DNA of 64,000 bases from Bacillota bacterium (GCA_023459675.1 JAEWTC010000088.1:1157-65156), one strand, 5' to 3'; positions 16,714 through 26,579 are shown, counted from the stretch's first letter. Made by a program: numbers and translations. Notes: generated by a model not told the origin, from the sequence alone.

Positions 16714-18084
16714 ATGAAAGTCAGCAACCGCCGACATGTAACGATCTCCAAGCGCGTGGTATCCATCATTGCGCTGTGCGTTATGCTTGTCGTCACCGTT
16801 TTGGCCGGCTACGTCGGCCTCAACGGCATGAACCTGGACAAACGCGGCTTATATAAGCTGCTGCCATGGATCCCCAAGGTGAACGTGAACAAGGAGACCT
16901 GGCCCCCGTCCATCGCGCTGGGCCTGGACCTGCAGGGCGGCGTATTCGTGGAATACGAAGCCTCCATGTCCGACGAGCTCATTCAGGAGGGGTATAATTT
17001 CAACACGCTGCTGGAAAACACGATGGACATCATCGCGCGCCGCCTGAGCGACAAGGGCTTCACGGAAGCGACCGTTTCCAAGCTCGGCGGCAGCGGCATC
17101 CGCGTGGAAATTCCGGAAGTGACCGATCCTTCCGCCGTGCTGGACCTGATCGGTTCCCCCGCACGGCTTGAGTTCCTGGACGCCGACGGCAACGTGTTTC
17201 TGGAAGGCCGTTACCTGAAGACCGCGATTCGCACCGTGGATGAAAACGGCAAGCCCGCCATCAGCTTCTCGCTGACCGCCGAAGGCGCGCAGATTTTCGG
17301 CGATATGACGGCCAAATCCATCGGCAAGACCATCACCATCCAACTGGACGGCAAACAGCTGATGAGCCCGGGCGTGCATGACGCTATTTATGGCGGCAAC
17401 ATTCTGGTGACCGGCTCGTTTACCGAAGACCAGGCCGACACCTATGCCCTGCAGCTGCAAAGCGGCTCCCTGCCCCTGGACCTGCGGCAGGACAAGCTGG
17501 ACACCGTATCCGCAACCTTGGGCGACGACGCGCTGAGCACGTCCGTGAACGCGGCCATCATCGGCATTCTGCTGGTGATGCTCATCATGGGCGTCCGCTA
17601 CCGCATCAGCGGTTTGCTGGCTAACTGGGCGCTGTGTATCTACATTATCCTCCTGTTCCTGCTCATCGCCGTTGTGCCCGGCATTCAGCTTACGCTGCCC
17701 GGCATCGCCGGCATCATCCTGGGCATCGGCATGGCGGTAGACGCCAACGTGGTGATTTTCGAACGCGTGAAGGAAGAATCGCTGGCGGGCCGCCCCATTC
17801 TGCACGCGGTGCGCATCGGTTTCAAAAACGCGATGAGCGCCGTGGTGGACGCCAACATCACCACCATCATCGCGGCGATCGTGCTGCTGTTCTTCGGCAC
17901 GGGTTCCGTACAGGGCTTTGCCACCACGCTCCTTTTGAGCGTAATCGCATCCATGTTCACCGCCATCATCGTTTCCCGTTTCCTGCTTGTGAACATGGTG
18001 CGGATCTTTAAGAACCCCAAACTGTACACGACCTCCAAGCAGCTCAACGTCACTGCGGCCGTGACCGCGAAGGAGGCGAAGTAA
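16714..18084 (+). CDS. secD: Protein translocase subunit SecD
   Basis: 456 aa. N-terminal TM, large extracytoplasmic domain, C-terminal 5 TM with the SecD/SecF motif (GIGMAVDANVVIFERVKEE). Confidence 0.9.
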   Translation: MKVSNRRHVTISKRVVSIIALCVMLVVTVLAGYVGLNGMNLDKRGLYKLLPWIPKVNVNKETWPPSIALGLDLQGGVFVEYEASMSDELIQEGYNFNTLLENTMDIIARRLSDKGFTEATVSKLGGSGIRVEIPEVTDPSAVLDLIGSPARLEFLDADGNVFLEGRYLKTAIRTVDENGKPAISFSLTAEGAQIFGDMTAKSIGKTITIQLDGKQLMSPGVHDAIYGGNILVTGSFTEDQADTYALQLQSGSLPLDLRQDKLDTVSATLGDDALSTSVNAAIIGILLVMLIMGVRYRISGLLANWALCIYIILLFLLIAVVPGIQLTLPGIAGIILGIGMAVDANVVIFERVKEESLAGRPILHAVRIGFKNAMSAVVDANITTIIAAIVLLFFGTGSVQGFATTLLLSVIASMFTAIIVSRFLLVNMVRIFKNPKLYTTSKQLNVTAAVTAKEAK

Positions 18085-18085
18085 G

Positions 18086-19003
18086 ATGATCATTAAGAAC
18101 CGTTCGAAAATCTGCCTGATGATCTCCGCGACCATCATGCTGGTTGCCCTCGTGATGACAATTTTCGGGTACGGCATCAACTACGGCATCGACTTTGCCG
18201 GCGGCTTGTCCATCGAATACAACATGAACGCCCCGTTTGTGCAAAGCGACGTGGAAACCGCGCTTCGCGGCCAGGGCATTACCGATTACAAGATTTCCAC
18301 CTCCGGCACGGAGGGCACGGTGCTCAACATCCGCATTCCCAAGCTGGATTCCGACGAAGAGATCCAGGTGTTGCAAGCGGCGCTGGAAAGTGAGCTTCTG
18401 GCCAAGTACCCCGCCATGGACGTGGAGAACGCCACGGCAAGCTACGTTGGCCCGACGGCCGGCGCGACGCTGGTAAAGAACGCCGTCCTGAGCGTTTTGA
18501 TCGCATCGGCGCTGATGCTTTTGTACATCGCCATCCGGTTCAACTTCTACTCCGGCGCGGCGGCCGTGCTCGGCCTTCTGCACGACGTGCTGATTATGAT
18601 CAGCTTCATGGTCATCCTGCGCAACGTTATCCAGATGAACTCGTCGTTCATTGCCGCGATGCTGACGATCGTGGGTTATTCCATCAACAACACGATCGTC
18701 ATCTTCGACCGTATCCGTGAAAACAACACCAAAACGGCGTACCACAGCCTGCCCCGCGACCAAGTGGTGAACATCTCCATCACCGAAAGCCTGGGCCGTA
18801 CCGTGAACACGACGCTGACCACGCTGGTGACCATCGTTTCGCTGTATGTGCTGGGCGTGGCGAGCATCCGCGAGTTCAGCCTGCCGATCATCATCGGTAT
18901 CCTGTCGGGCCTGTACAGCGCGAATATGATTAACGGGTATGTGTGGGCGTTCCTGGAAAACCACGGTAACAAATTCAAAAAAGCGAAGAAGAAACGCAAG
19001 TAA
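18086..19003 (+). CDS. secF: Protein translocase subunit SecF
   Basis: 305 aa, starts 2 nt after the secD stop. SecF-type motifs (GIDFAGG, VGYSINNTIVIFDRIREN). Confidence 0.9.
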   Translation: MIIKNRSKICLMISATIMLVALVMTIFGYGINYGIDFAGGLSIEYNMNAPFVQSDVETALRGQGITDYKISTSGTEGTVLNIRIPKLDSDEEIQVLQAALESELLAKYPAMDVENATASYVGPTAGATLVKNAVLSVLIASALMLLYIAIRFNFYSGAAAVLGLLHDVLIMISFMVILRNVIQMNSSFIAAMLTIVGYSINNTIVIFDRIRENNTKTAYHSLPRDQVVNISITESLGRTVNTTLTTLVTIVSLYVLGVASIREFSLPIIIGILSGLYSANMINGYVWAFLENHGNKFKKAKKKRK

Positions 19004-19012
19004 CGCGAAAAG

Positions 19013-19049
19013 CAAGCCGCCGCACGTTTTGTGCGGCGGCTTCTTTTTT
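19013..19049 (+). terminator. Rho-independent terminator of secDF
   Basis: AAGCCGCCGCAC-gttt-TGTGCGGCGGCTT followed by CTTTTTT. Confidence 0.85.
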
Positions 19050-19063
19050 ACCCCGTTTTCCGG

Positions 19064-19096
19064 AAAACAAAAACAGTCCCATTTGCATGGGGCTGT
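19064..19096 (-). terminator. Rho-independent terminator of abrB
   Basis: Minus strand: ACAGCCCC-atgcaaat-GGGACTGT followed by TTTTTGTTTT. Confidence 0.75.
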
Positions 19097-19114
19097 CCCT
19101 CTGTTTCTTCGCCG

Positions 19115-19360
19115 TTATTTCTTATCCGTCAGTTCGCGGATGCATTTCTCGCATACCAATTTTTCCTTGAACAGCCGTACGTTACGGGCATCGTTACAGA
19201 ATACGCATGCGGGGTGATACTTTTTCATGATGATTTTATCGCCCTCCGTGAAGATCTCAAGCGTATCGTTGATCGCAATATCAAACGTCTTGCGCAATTC
19301 AATCGGAATGACGACCCGACCCAGATTGTCCAATCTGCGTACAATTCCGGTGGATTTCAT
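19115..19360 (-). CDS. abrB: AbrB/SpoVT-family transition-state regulator
   Basis: N-terminus MKSTGIVRRLDNLGRVVIPIELRKTFDI is nearly the canonical AbrB swapped-hairpin domain. The C-terminal part carries CVFC...CEKC, as in clostridial AbrB homologs. Confidence 0.9.
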   Translation of the reverse strand: MKSTGIVRRLDNLGRVVIPIELRKTFDIAINDTLEIFTEGDKIIMKKYHPACVFCNDARNVRLFKEKLVCEKCIRELTDKK

Positions 19361-19416
19361 ACATGCGCCTCCTTACTTTGAGAATATCCAATCCGTAATG
19401 GATTGTTTCAATGCAT

Positions 19417-19445
19417 ATTCTACCAATTTGTTCATGTATTGTCAA
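19417..19445 (-). promoter_or_regulatory. Promoter of abrB
   Basis: Minus strand: TTGACA (19445-19440), 17-nt spacer, TGgTAGAAT (-10 at 19422-19417). Confidence 0.6.
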
Positions 19446-19602
19446 TGATGATTCCGTGTCGTTAAATAAGTAATTTATTCACAAAGATCGTCTATCCCAA
19501 GCGGTATAAGCGTTTAGTGGCATATCGCAACTATTGCCAATCGCAAGAACGTATGGCTGATCTGGTGGCAATAGTCTACCATGCGCTACCCGGAGCGCAG
19601 GA

Positions 19603-19630
19603 TTGACAACCACCGCAATTCCGATATAAT
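19603..19630 (+). promoter_or_regulatory. Promoter of the T-box leader / metG
   Basis: TTGACA (19603-19608), 16-nt spacer, TATAAT (19625-19630). Confidence 0.6.
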
Positions 19631-19636
19631 AAGAAT

Positions 19637-19856
19637 GCACAGATCGGGAGAGTACCGGTGAACCACCGCTCAAAGAGAGCCGCGGACGGTGAAAAGCGGC
19701 GCGGAAGGCACAGGGAACATGGCCCGGGAGCATCCCTGTTCGATAGGTAGGGCAGGGCGGCAGGCGCCGTTACCGCCATCAATAAGCGATCAAACAAGGG
19801 TGGTACCGCGGGTATAGCTCGCCCCTTCAACACCGGAAGGCGGCGGCTTTTTTCAT
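19637..19856 (+). promoter_or_regulatory. T-box leader (tRNA-sensing transcription attenuator), probable Met specifier
   Basis: Canonical T-box sequence AACAAGGGTGGTACCGCGG at 19793-19811. Stem I GA/AGTA elements (GGGAGAGTACC at 19646-19656). Terminator hairpin 19820-19845 followed by TTTTTT (19848-19853). AUG at 19719-19721 in a GGAAC-AUG-G context is the candidate specifier. Lies directly upstream of metG. Confidence 0.9.
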
Positions 19857-19905
19857 GCCGGGACAAACGGCGCAAACGCAGGTGCACGATGAGGAGGAGC
19901 ATACT

Positions 19906-21849
19906 ATGCCCAAACCGGAGACGTTCTATATCACGACGCCCATCTACTACCCCAGCGATAACCTCCACATCGGCCATGCGTATTGCAGCGTAGCCGCGGA
20001 CACGATGGCGCGTTTCAAGAAGCAGGAAGGCCGGGACGTGTATTTCGTGACCGGCACCGACGAGCACGGCCAGAAGATCGAGCGCAAGGCGCTTGCCAAG
20101 GGGGTAACCCCGCAGGCCTACGTGGACGAAATCGTTGCGGGCATCAAAACGCTGTGGGCGCTGATGGACGTGCAGTATGACGACTTCATCCGCACCACCG
20201 ATCAGCGGCACGCGGAGTGCGTGCAGCGCGTGTTCCGGCAGCTGTACGAACAGGGCGATATCTATAAGGGGCAATACGAGGGCTGGTACTGCACGCCCTG
20301 CGAAACATTTTTTACCGAGCTGCAGCTTGTGGACGGCAAATGTCCCGATTGCGGCCGTCCCGTGGAACGCACCACCGAAGAGGCTTATTTTCTGAAGCTC
20401 AGTAAATACCAGGACTGGCTGATCGGGTACATCGAAGAGCACCCCGATTTCATCCAGCCCCCGTCCCGCAAGAACGAAATGATCAACAATTTCCTGAAGC
20501 CGGGCCTCAACGACCTGTGCGTCAGCCGCACCACCATCCGCTGGGGCATCCCCGTGGATTTTGATCCGGCGCACACCGTGTACGTTTGGGTGGACGCGCT
20601 GACCAACTACATCAGCGTTCTGGGCTACGGCGCGGCGGACGATACCCTGTACCGCCGTTACTGGCCCGCGGATATCCACCTGGTGGGCAAGGAAATCGTC
20701 CGCTTCCACACCATTATCTGGCCGATCATGCTGCACGCGCTGGGCTTGCCGCAGCCCAAACAGATCTTCGGCCACGGCTGGCTGGTGCTGGACGGCGTGA
20801 AGATGTCCAAATCATTGGGCAACGTGGTGGACCCCGTGATTCTTTCCCAAAAATACGGCAGCGACGCGATCCGTTATTTCCTGATGCGGGAAATGCCCTT
20901 CGGCGCGGACGGGCAGTTCAGCTACGAAGCGCTTTTAAAGCGCATCAACGCCGATCTGGCCAACGATCTGGGCAATCTCTTAAGCCGCACCGTTGCCATG
21001 GTGGAAAAATACTTCGGCGGTTTGGTGCCCGCACCCGGCGCTTACACGGAAACAGACGCCGCGCTAATCACACTGGCCGAAAGCGCGCCGCAGAAGGTGA
21101 AAAAACAAATGGACGCGCTGCAGTATTCCGCCGCGCTTTCGGATATCTGGGCGCTGGTCGGCGAAGCGAACCGTTATATCGACGTGACCGCGCCGTGGAA
21201 TTTGTTTAAGACGGACGAAGGAAAACAGCGCCTGCAAACGGTGCTGTACGTGCTGTGCGAATGCTTGCGCTTCATCGGCGTGCTGATTGCGCCCACGATG
21301 CCCAAGACACCCGCGGAAATTTTTGCCCAACTTGGCGTTGCGGACGAAACGCTTCAGACGCTTGCGTCTCTCGCGCGCTTCGGCGGCATCCGGCCCGGAA
21401 CCACGGTGCAGAAGGGTGCGGCGCTGTTCCCACGCATCGACGTGGAGCAGGAACTCAAGGGCATCGTTCCCGAGCCGAAACCCGCGGCCGCACCGGCGCC
21501 GCAGGAAGCCGAGATGGAGGCGACGATCGACGATTTTGCTAAAATCAAGCTTTGCGTGGCGCGGGTGCTAACCGCGGAAAAGGTGGAAAACAGCGATAAG
21601 CTGCTCAAGCTGCGCCTGTCGCTGGGCGCGGGCGCGCCGGAGCGCACGGTGCTGAGCGGGATCGCCAAATTCTATACGCCCGAAGCCATGATCGGCAAGC
21701 AGGTGGTGCTTGTGAAAAACTTAAAGCCCGTGAAGATCCGCGGGATTTTGAGCGAAGGCATGATCCTGTGCGCCGCGGACGCGGACGACAAGGCGCTGCG
21801 CATCGTAACGCCGGAGAGCGGCGCTGCGGACGGAGACGTTGTGCGATGA
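19906..21849 (+). CDS. metG: Methionine--tRNA ligase (with C-terminal tRNA-binding domain)
   Basis: ATG 19906 (GAGGAGGAG RBS) is preferred over track start 19855, which lies in the terminator. HIGH motif (NLHIGHAY), KMSKS motif (VKMSKSLGN), zinc knuckle CTPCETF...CPDCG, C-terminal EMAP/Trbp111-like domain. Confidence 0.95.
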   Translation: MPKPETFYITTPIYYPSDNLHIGHAYCSVAADTMARFKKQEGRDVYFVTGTDEHGQKIERKALAKGVTPQAYVDEIVAGIKTLWALMDVQYDDFIRTTDQRHAECVQRVFRQLYEQGDIYKGQYEGWYCTPCETFFTELQLVDGKCPDCGRPVERTTEEAYFLKLSKYQDWLIGYIEEHPDFIQPPSRKNEMINNFLKPGLNDLCVSRTTIRWGIPVDFDPAHTVYVWVDALTNYISVLGYGAADDTLYRRYWPADIHLVGKEIVRFHTIIWPIMLHALGLPQPKQIFGHGWLVLDGVKMSKSLGNVVDPVILSQKYGSDAIRYFLMREMPFGADGQFSYEALLKRINADLANDLGNLLSRTVAMVEKYFGGLVPAPGAYTETDAALITLAESAPQKVKKQMDALQYSAALSDIWALVGEANRYIDVTAPWNLFKTDEGKQRLQTVLYVLCECLRFIGVLIAPTMPKTPAEIFAQLGVADETLQTLASLARFGGIRPGTTVQKGAALFPRIDVEQELKGIVPEPKPAAAPAPQEAEMEATIDDFAKIKLCVARVLTAEKVENSDKLLKLRLSLGAGAPERTVLSGIAKFYTPEAMIGKQVVLVKNLKPVKIRGILSEGMILCAADADDKALRIVTPESGAADGDVVR

Positions 21850-22607
21850 TCGATTCCCATTGCCATCTGGAGGACGGCCGCTTCGCCGGAGAGGTGGAGC
21901 AAGTGCTCAAGCGCATGGCGGAGGCGGGCGTGGACCGCTGCATTCTGGCGGGCAGCGACCGCGAAACCAGCGAGGCGATTACGGCGCTGACGCAGCGCTA
22001 TGAAAACGTGTACGGCGTCGTGGGCGTGCATCCGCACGAGGCGAAGTATTTTACGCCGGAAACGCTCACGCTGATGCGCGGATGGCTGTCCCTCCCCCGC
22101 ATTCGGGGCGTGGGCGAGATCGGCCTGGATTATTATTACGACCATTCCCCCCGGGAGGCGCAGCGGGAGGCCTTTGCGGAACAGCTGGAGTTTGCGTTTC
22201 AGCAGGGCGTTCCCGCCGTGTTTCATGTGCGGGACGCGCACGGGGATTTTACCGAACTCCTCCGCGCGCGCAAGGGCAGGTTGCCGCAGGGCGTGATGCA
22301 CTGCTACACGGGCAGCGCGGAAAGCGCGAAAACCTATCTGGATTTCGGGCTGTACATTTCCTTCTCCGGGTCGCTTACCTTCCAGAACGCGCACAATTTG
22401 CGGGACGCGGCGCGCACGGTGCCGCCGGACCGACTGCTGATTGAAACCGACAGCCCGTATCTCGCCCCCGTGCCGATGCGGGGCAAACGAAACGAGCCCG
22501 CCTACGTGCGCTTTGTGGCGCAGACGCTGGCGGAGCTCAAAGGGATGTCCGTGGATGCGCTGATCGCAGCGACCGACCGGAACGCGGAGCGCCTGTTCGG
22601 GTTATAA
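21846..22607 (+). CDS. tatD: TatD-family metal-dependent hydrolase/DNase
   Basis: ATG 21846 overlaps the metG stop (ATGA). MIDSHCHLEDGRF and VGEIGLDYYY motifs. Confidence 0.85.
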   Translation: MIDSHCHLEDGRFAGEVEQVLKRMAEAGVDRCILAGSDRETSEAITALTQRYENVYGVVGVHPHEAKYFTPETLTLMRGWLSLPRIRGVGEIGLDYYYDHSPREAQREAFAEQLEFAFQQGVPAVFHVRDAHGDFTELLRARKGRLPQGVMHCYTGSAESAKTYLDFGLYISFSGSLTFQNAHNLRDAARTVPPDRLLIETDSPYLAPVPMRGKRNEPAYVRFVAQTLAELKGMSVDALIAATDRNAERLFGL

Positions 22608-23291
22608 GGGCTGTTTCCATTGTCCGAAGGCAAGGGGGCACACGGTGCGGCAAAGGTTGCACTCCGTGGTATCGTACCCCCTTGCCGTTTTCTGTCCGTA
22701 GGCTTTCGCGCGGCAGAGGTTTTGCTGTACGCGCCCGTTTGCGATCGCGCCCGCGGGGCAGCTGTCCACGCATTTCGTGCAGCCGGGGATACAGACGCTC
22801 TCCGCGGGCGGATCGGACGGCAGGGGCAGATCCGTCAGCACGACGCCGATGTTTAGCAGATTTCCGAATGCGCGGCTCAGCAGCAGCGTATTTTTGCCCA
22901 GCGTTCCAAGGCCCGCGCACACCGCCGCGTGCTTCATGGAGATCAACCCGCGCCCTTCCAACCGTTCCGCGTCCCAGTACTCGTAGGGGCTGTCGCAGGG
23001 CACGGGCACGGCCTTGCAGCCGTACCGGTCCTCCAGCTCCCGGGCGAGCCGCAGCGCAAACGCGTCAATCTGCGCGTCGGCAAGTTCGTTAAAATGCTGA
23101 TACACAAGCCGGGGGCTGACGGCGAACAGCCCCTTGGGCAGCGCAATGCCAAACACGATTGCCGTTTGGCAGGCAGGAAACAGATCGGCCGGCGAAAATC
23201 CCCGCGGCGCTCCCTGAAAACGCTCGATTCCGGCAAAACCGCACACGTCCGCCCCCGCGGCCAGCGTCAGCGCACGAATGGTTTCTTTCAT
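22602..23291 (-). CDS. 4Fe-4S dicluster domain protein, QueG/reductive-dehalogenase-like
   Basis: Two Cys clusters (CIPGCTKCVDSCP and CNLCRTVCP). The N-terminal region resembles the DUF1730-type domain of epoxyqueuosine reductases. ATG 23291 (MKETIRAL) has better spacing to GGAGG (23301-23305) than ATG 23297. Confidence 0.55.
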   Translation of the reverse strand: MKETIRALTLAAGADVCGFAGIERFQGAPRGFSPADLFPACQTAIVFGIALPKGLFAVSPRLVYQHFNELADAQIDAFALRLARELEDRYGCKAVPVPCDSPYEYWDAERLEGRGLISMKHAAVCAGLGTLGKNTLLLSRAFGNLLNIGVVLTDLPLPSDPPAESVCIPGCTKCVDSCPAGAIANGRVQQNLCRAKAYGQKTARGYDTTECNLCRTVCPLAFGQWKQPL

Positions 23292-23441
23292 CGCCATCCC
23301 CCTCCAATCGTTTTACACCCTGTACAATCCATGAGCCAAGTACGTCCGAAACGTAAAGCCCAGCCCAGCGCCCGGCTGCGGCCCCGGAAATGCGGTGTGC
23401 TTCCCCATTTCCGCGCGGCGGAAGTAGTTTCCGCTTACGCG

Positions 23442-23474
23442 AAAACCGCCCGATATCAGCGATATCAGGCGGTT
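23442..23474 (-). terminator. Terminator of rpmB
   Basis: Minus strand: AACCGCCTGATATC-gc-TGATATCGGGCGGTT followed by TTTC. Confidence 0.7.
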
Positions 23475-23492
23475 AGGATGCATTGACAGTCT

Positions 23493-23711
23493 TTACGCTT
23501 GCACGTCCGACGACTTGGTCGGCAGTGCGCGCTGCACCTTGCCGCTGCGCAGGCAACGGGTGCAAACGTTCAAGCGTTTTACCTGACCGTTCATCTCCAC
23601 GCGGACGCGCTGCACGTTCGGCGCCCATAAACGATGGGTTTTGCGATTGGAGTGGCTGACCAGGTTGCCGTTCAGCGTACCCTTTTCGCATACTTCACAA
23701 AACTTACCCAT
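23493..23711 (-). CDS. rpmB: 50S ribosomal protein L28
   Basis: MGKFCEVCEKGTLNGNLVSHSNRKTHRLWAPNVQRVRV...VCTRCLRSGKV matches the L28 pattern. RBS AGGAGG. Confidence 0.9.
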   Translation of the reverse strand: MGKFCEVCEKGTLNGNLVSHSNRKTHRLWAPNVQRVRVEMNGQVKRLNVCTRCLRSGKVQRALPTKSSDVQA

Positions 23712-23756
23712 TTGCTACACCTCCTAACGGGAGAGATCAATCATTACAGCCTTGCC

Positions 23757-23785
23757 ATTTTATCATCGAATGAACGGTTTGGCAA
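23757..23785 (-). promoter_or_regulatory. Promoter of rpmB
   Basis: Minus strand: TTGCCA (23785-23780), 17-nt spacer, TAAAAT (23762-23757). Confidence 0.5.
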
Positions 23786-23809
23786 GAGGGTTTCGGCAAT
23801 TTCTTTGCA

Positions 23810-24571
23810 TTAACCCTGCGTAACCGCGCTGAGGAGCTCCGCCAGGGAGAACGGAAAGGTCAGCACGCCCTCCACCTCGGCCGCGATCAGGCCCGCCTGG
23901 ATGTAAAACACGAAGTTGCCGTCCGCGTCGAAGTAGAAATCCCGCTCCGGTGAAAACGCGGCGCGGAACTCTTCCTGCGTAACGCCGGGGAAATACGCCT
24001 TTTGCATCGCGGCGATTTCATACTGCACGATCTGCCACACGAGGCCGTACGCAAGCTCGGCCGCGACGTTCGCCTCGCCCGTTTCCTGTTCCAGGCCCAT
24101 CGCCTGCGTGAGGGTGAGCCTTTGTCCCGCGTATAGGCCGTCCAGCGCAAACACGGCGGAATCATAGGTTTCCGTGAGCACGTTGCCCAGAAAACGCTGG
24201 TTGACCAGCACAACGCTCAGCGTCTGCGGATCGTACGCGGTGATATCGTAATCCAGATCGACGTAATACTCGGGTTCCCCCGCGGCGGGCAGAGAATCCA
24301 GCCCGCCCGCCGCCGCGGGGATCCCGACAGATAACAAATCGTTCGCATAGGCGGCGAAATACGCGTTTACGGCAGCCGCCTGCGGCAGTTCCTCCGTAAA
24401 CTGCGGCAGCCGGTAACGGTACGAAAACCGTGCGGCGCCTTCCGCGCTCCCCTGGGGGTAGGAAACGGTTCCGCGCAGGGGCTGCGCCTCGAAAGCGGCT
24501 TGCGCCGAGGCGCCCGAAACCAATACCAGCACAACGCCCGCGATACAGAGCAACCGCTTCATAGCCGGCAC
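23810..24571 (-). CDS. Secreted protein, DUF4163/DUF3298-like (RsiV/PdaC C-terminal-type fold)
   Basis: Signal peptide MKRLLCIAGVVLVLVSGASAQA (GTG 24571 or ATG 24562). The C-terminal FYFDADGNFVFYIQAGLIAAEVEGVLTFPFSLAEL resembles the DUF3298 signature from memory. Confidence 0.55.
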   Translation of the reverse strand: MPAMKRLLCIAGVVLVLVSGASAQAAFEAQPLRGTVSYPQGSAEGAARFSYRYRLPQFTEELPQAAAVNAYFAAYANDLLSVGIPAAAGGLDSLPAAGEPEYYVDLDYDITAYDPQTLSVVLVNQRFLGNVLTETYDSAVFALDGLYAGQRLTLTQAMGLEQETGEANVAAELAYGLVWQIVQYEIAAMQKAYFPGVTQEEFRAAFSPERDFYFDADGNFVFYIQAGLIAAEVEGVLTFPFSLAELLSAVTQG

Positions 24572-24576
24572 CGTAC

Positions 24577-25620
24577 TCAGCCTACGCTGACCTCGTCGGA
24601 CATGAAGGAGTTTTCCAGATACATCGTGTACATGCTGTAGAGGATGGATTGGCTGGTCGGGTAGGTCAGCGTAGCGGTATATACGTACTGCCCGGTTACG
24701 ATGTAGACGGAGAATACGGTGTTGCCGTCCGCCGTTTCATAGGCGACGGTGGCATACTGGAATACGTCGTTGATGTTCATGCGCGCGCCTTCCACGGCGG
24801 CCGCGGCTTCCGTTGCGTAATCGGCAAGGGTTGCGCCGGTTTCATTGGCGGCGCGGGTGGCGGAGAAGGCGGCGGTGCCGTCCTGCGTTGTGGCGTAGAG
24901 CCCGTTTTGGTCCTCGGTTACGTTGGCTTCGAGGAAGAGGCTGGGGTACAGCACGGAGAAGCCCAGGTTGGTGTTGATGTATTCAATTAGCATGGCGTTG
25001 GTGTATTCCTGCAGCTCGGCTTCCAGCAGCAGTTCCGAGCCTACGGAGAAACCGTCGATCCGGTAGCCGCCCTTGGCCGCGTCGTCCTTGCGGAGGGTAT
25101 ACACCGCGCGGTCTTCCCAGGTCAGGGTTTGGAAATCCTGCGCCCCCATCTGTTCGATGGGCATCGAGCCGCGGTAAATTTCACCGATCAGGTACGTGTC
25201 GCCGTTTTCGGCGGCCTTCGCATACACGGGCAGGAAGCCGACGTATTCATCCGCCGTTTCCGGCTGAGCGACCGCTTCCAGCGTTGGCAGCCCCGCGGAG
25301 AAGATACTCTTGAGCACCTGCTCCTGCTGGCTTACGTCGGCAAGCGTGGCCTCGGTAATGCCTACGGATGCGCCGGCCTTCAGGCCATAGGTGAAGAAGA
25401 AAGCGACGAAGCTGGGATCCAGCGTCGTTTCTCCGTCGCCGATGACGACGGGGAAATCACTGGCGCTGATCGCCGCACCGGCAACCAGATCCAGTACCGG
25501 CAGCATCGCCTGGTAATCGGCTACGTTGATCGTCTCGGCGGTGCCGACAGTTGCCATGCCCGCCATCAGGCAGAGGGTGAACACGAACGCAAGAACCTTT
25601 TGGAATGCGCGTTTCTTCAT
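24577..25620 (-). CDS. Hypothetical secreted protein
   Basis: ATG 25620 (MKKRAFQKVLAFVFTLCLMAGMATVGTA, signal peptide) with GGGAGGAAAACC RBS; the track ORF extends to 25695. No family recognised. Confidence 0.6.
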   Translation of the reverse strand: MKKRAFQKVLAFVFTLCLMAGMATVGTAETINVADYQAMLPVLDLVAGAAISASDFPVVIGDGETTLDPSFVAFFFTYGLKAGASVGITEATLADVSQQEQVLKSIFSAGLPTLEAVAQPETADEYVGFLPVYAKAAENGDTYLIGEIYRGSMPIEQMGAQDFQTLTWEDRAVYTLRKDDAAKGGYRIDGFSVGSELLLEAELQEYTNAMLIEYINTNLGFSVLYPSLFLEANVTEDQNGLYATTQDGTAAFSATRAANETGATLADYATEAAAAVEGARMNINDVFQYATVAYETADGNTVFSVYIVTGQYVYTATLTYPTSQSILYSMYTMYLENSFMSDEVSVG

Positions 25621-25691
25621 GAGGTTTTCCTCCCAATTTCTCCGGCGGCGTCCTGCCGCCGATGTAATAGAAACGTTACAGGATATCGGTT

Positions 25692-26537
25692 TCATCCCTT
25701 TTGAATATACTCCGCCGCCGAGATTGCGGCGACGTTGCCCTCCCCCGCGGCCTTGGCGACCTGGAGGGGTTTGCCTGTGCAGTCTCCCGCGGCGAAAACG
25801 CCGGGGATGTTCGTACGCATGCCGCGGTCCACGGCGATGCCGTTTTCATCGGCCTGCAGCCCGTCCAGCAGCATGCTCAGGGGCATGCCCGTGCGGAAGA
25901 TGAATACGCCGTCGTACGTGCGCCGCGCCTTGCCGGTATCGACCGTCACTTTGCCGTCCGCGGTGCGTTCCAGCGCCGCGGGGCGCTCGTCCACGGTTGT
26001 AAAGCCCGCGGGCACAGGGTGCTTTTTCATCGGGTAGTAGTCCATCTGCGCTACGATGCCGTGCAGGAAATGCGCTTCCTCAGCGCCCTGCTCGCTTTCG
26101 GAAAGCACGGCCACGCTCTTCCCGCGGTAGAAATTGCCGTCGCACGTGGCGCAGTAGCTCACCCCGGCGCCGATCAGCGCTTCCTCGCCCGGCAGGAGTT
26201 TGGGCTTGGCCGCCCCGGTGGCGATGACGATCGTTTTGGCTTCCACCACATCGTTTTCCACCAGCAGCATGAAGCCTTCGTCCGTGGGGAGAATCTGGCG
26301 CACCATACCGGTCAGCGTCTCCGCGCCCAGCGATACCGCCTGTTCTTCAAAGGCGTTGAGGATGTCGGCGCCTTTGGCTTGCTTCATCCCCGGGTAATTA
26401 TCCACGCGGTCCGCCCGCGCGAGCCAGCTTAAGTTATGCTTGGGGCCAATGACCACCGCTTGCAAGCCGCGCATGCGCGCCGTGATCGCGCAGCTGAAAC
26501 CCGCGGGTCCTTTGCCTAGAATGGCTATGTCTGTCAT
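25692..26537 (-). CDS. trxB: Thioredoxin-disulfide reductase-like FAD/NAD(P) oxidoreductase
   Basis: GKGPAGFSCA dinucleotide fold, redox-active CATCDG motif, GDC.G C-terminal FAD motif. Start ATG 26537 has no well-spaced SD (GGAAAGGAG lies 24 nt upstream), so the start is uncertain. Confidence 0.8.
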   Translation of the reverse strand: MTDIAILGKGPAGFSCAITARMRGLQAVVIGPKHNLSWLARADRVDNYPGMKQAKGADILNAFEEQAVSLGAETLTGMVRQILPTDEGFMLLVENDVVEAKTIVIATGAAKPKLLPGEEALIGAGVSYCATCDGNFYRGKSVAVLSESEQGAEEAHFLHGIVAQMDYYPMKKHPVPAGFTTVDERPAALERTADGKVTVDTGKARRTYDGVFIFRTGMPLSMLLDGLQADENGIAVDRGMRTNIPGVFAAGDCTGKPLQVAKAAGEGNVAAISAAEYIQKG

Positions 26538-26579
26538 GATTGTCGCTGCCGCCGATGCGGCGCTCCTTTCCACCGTTCA

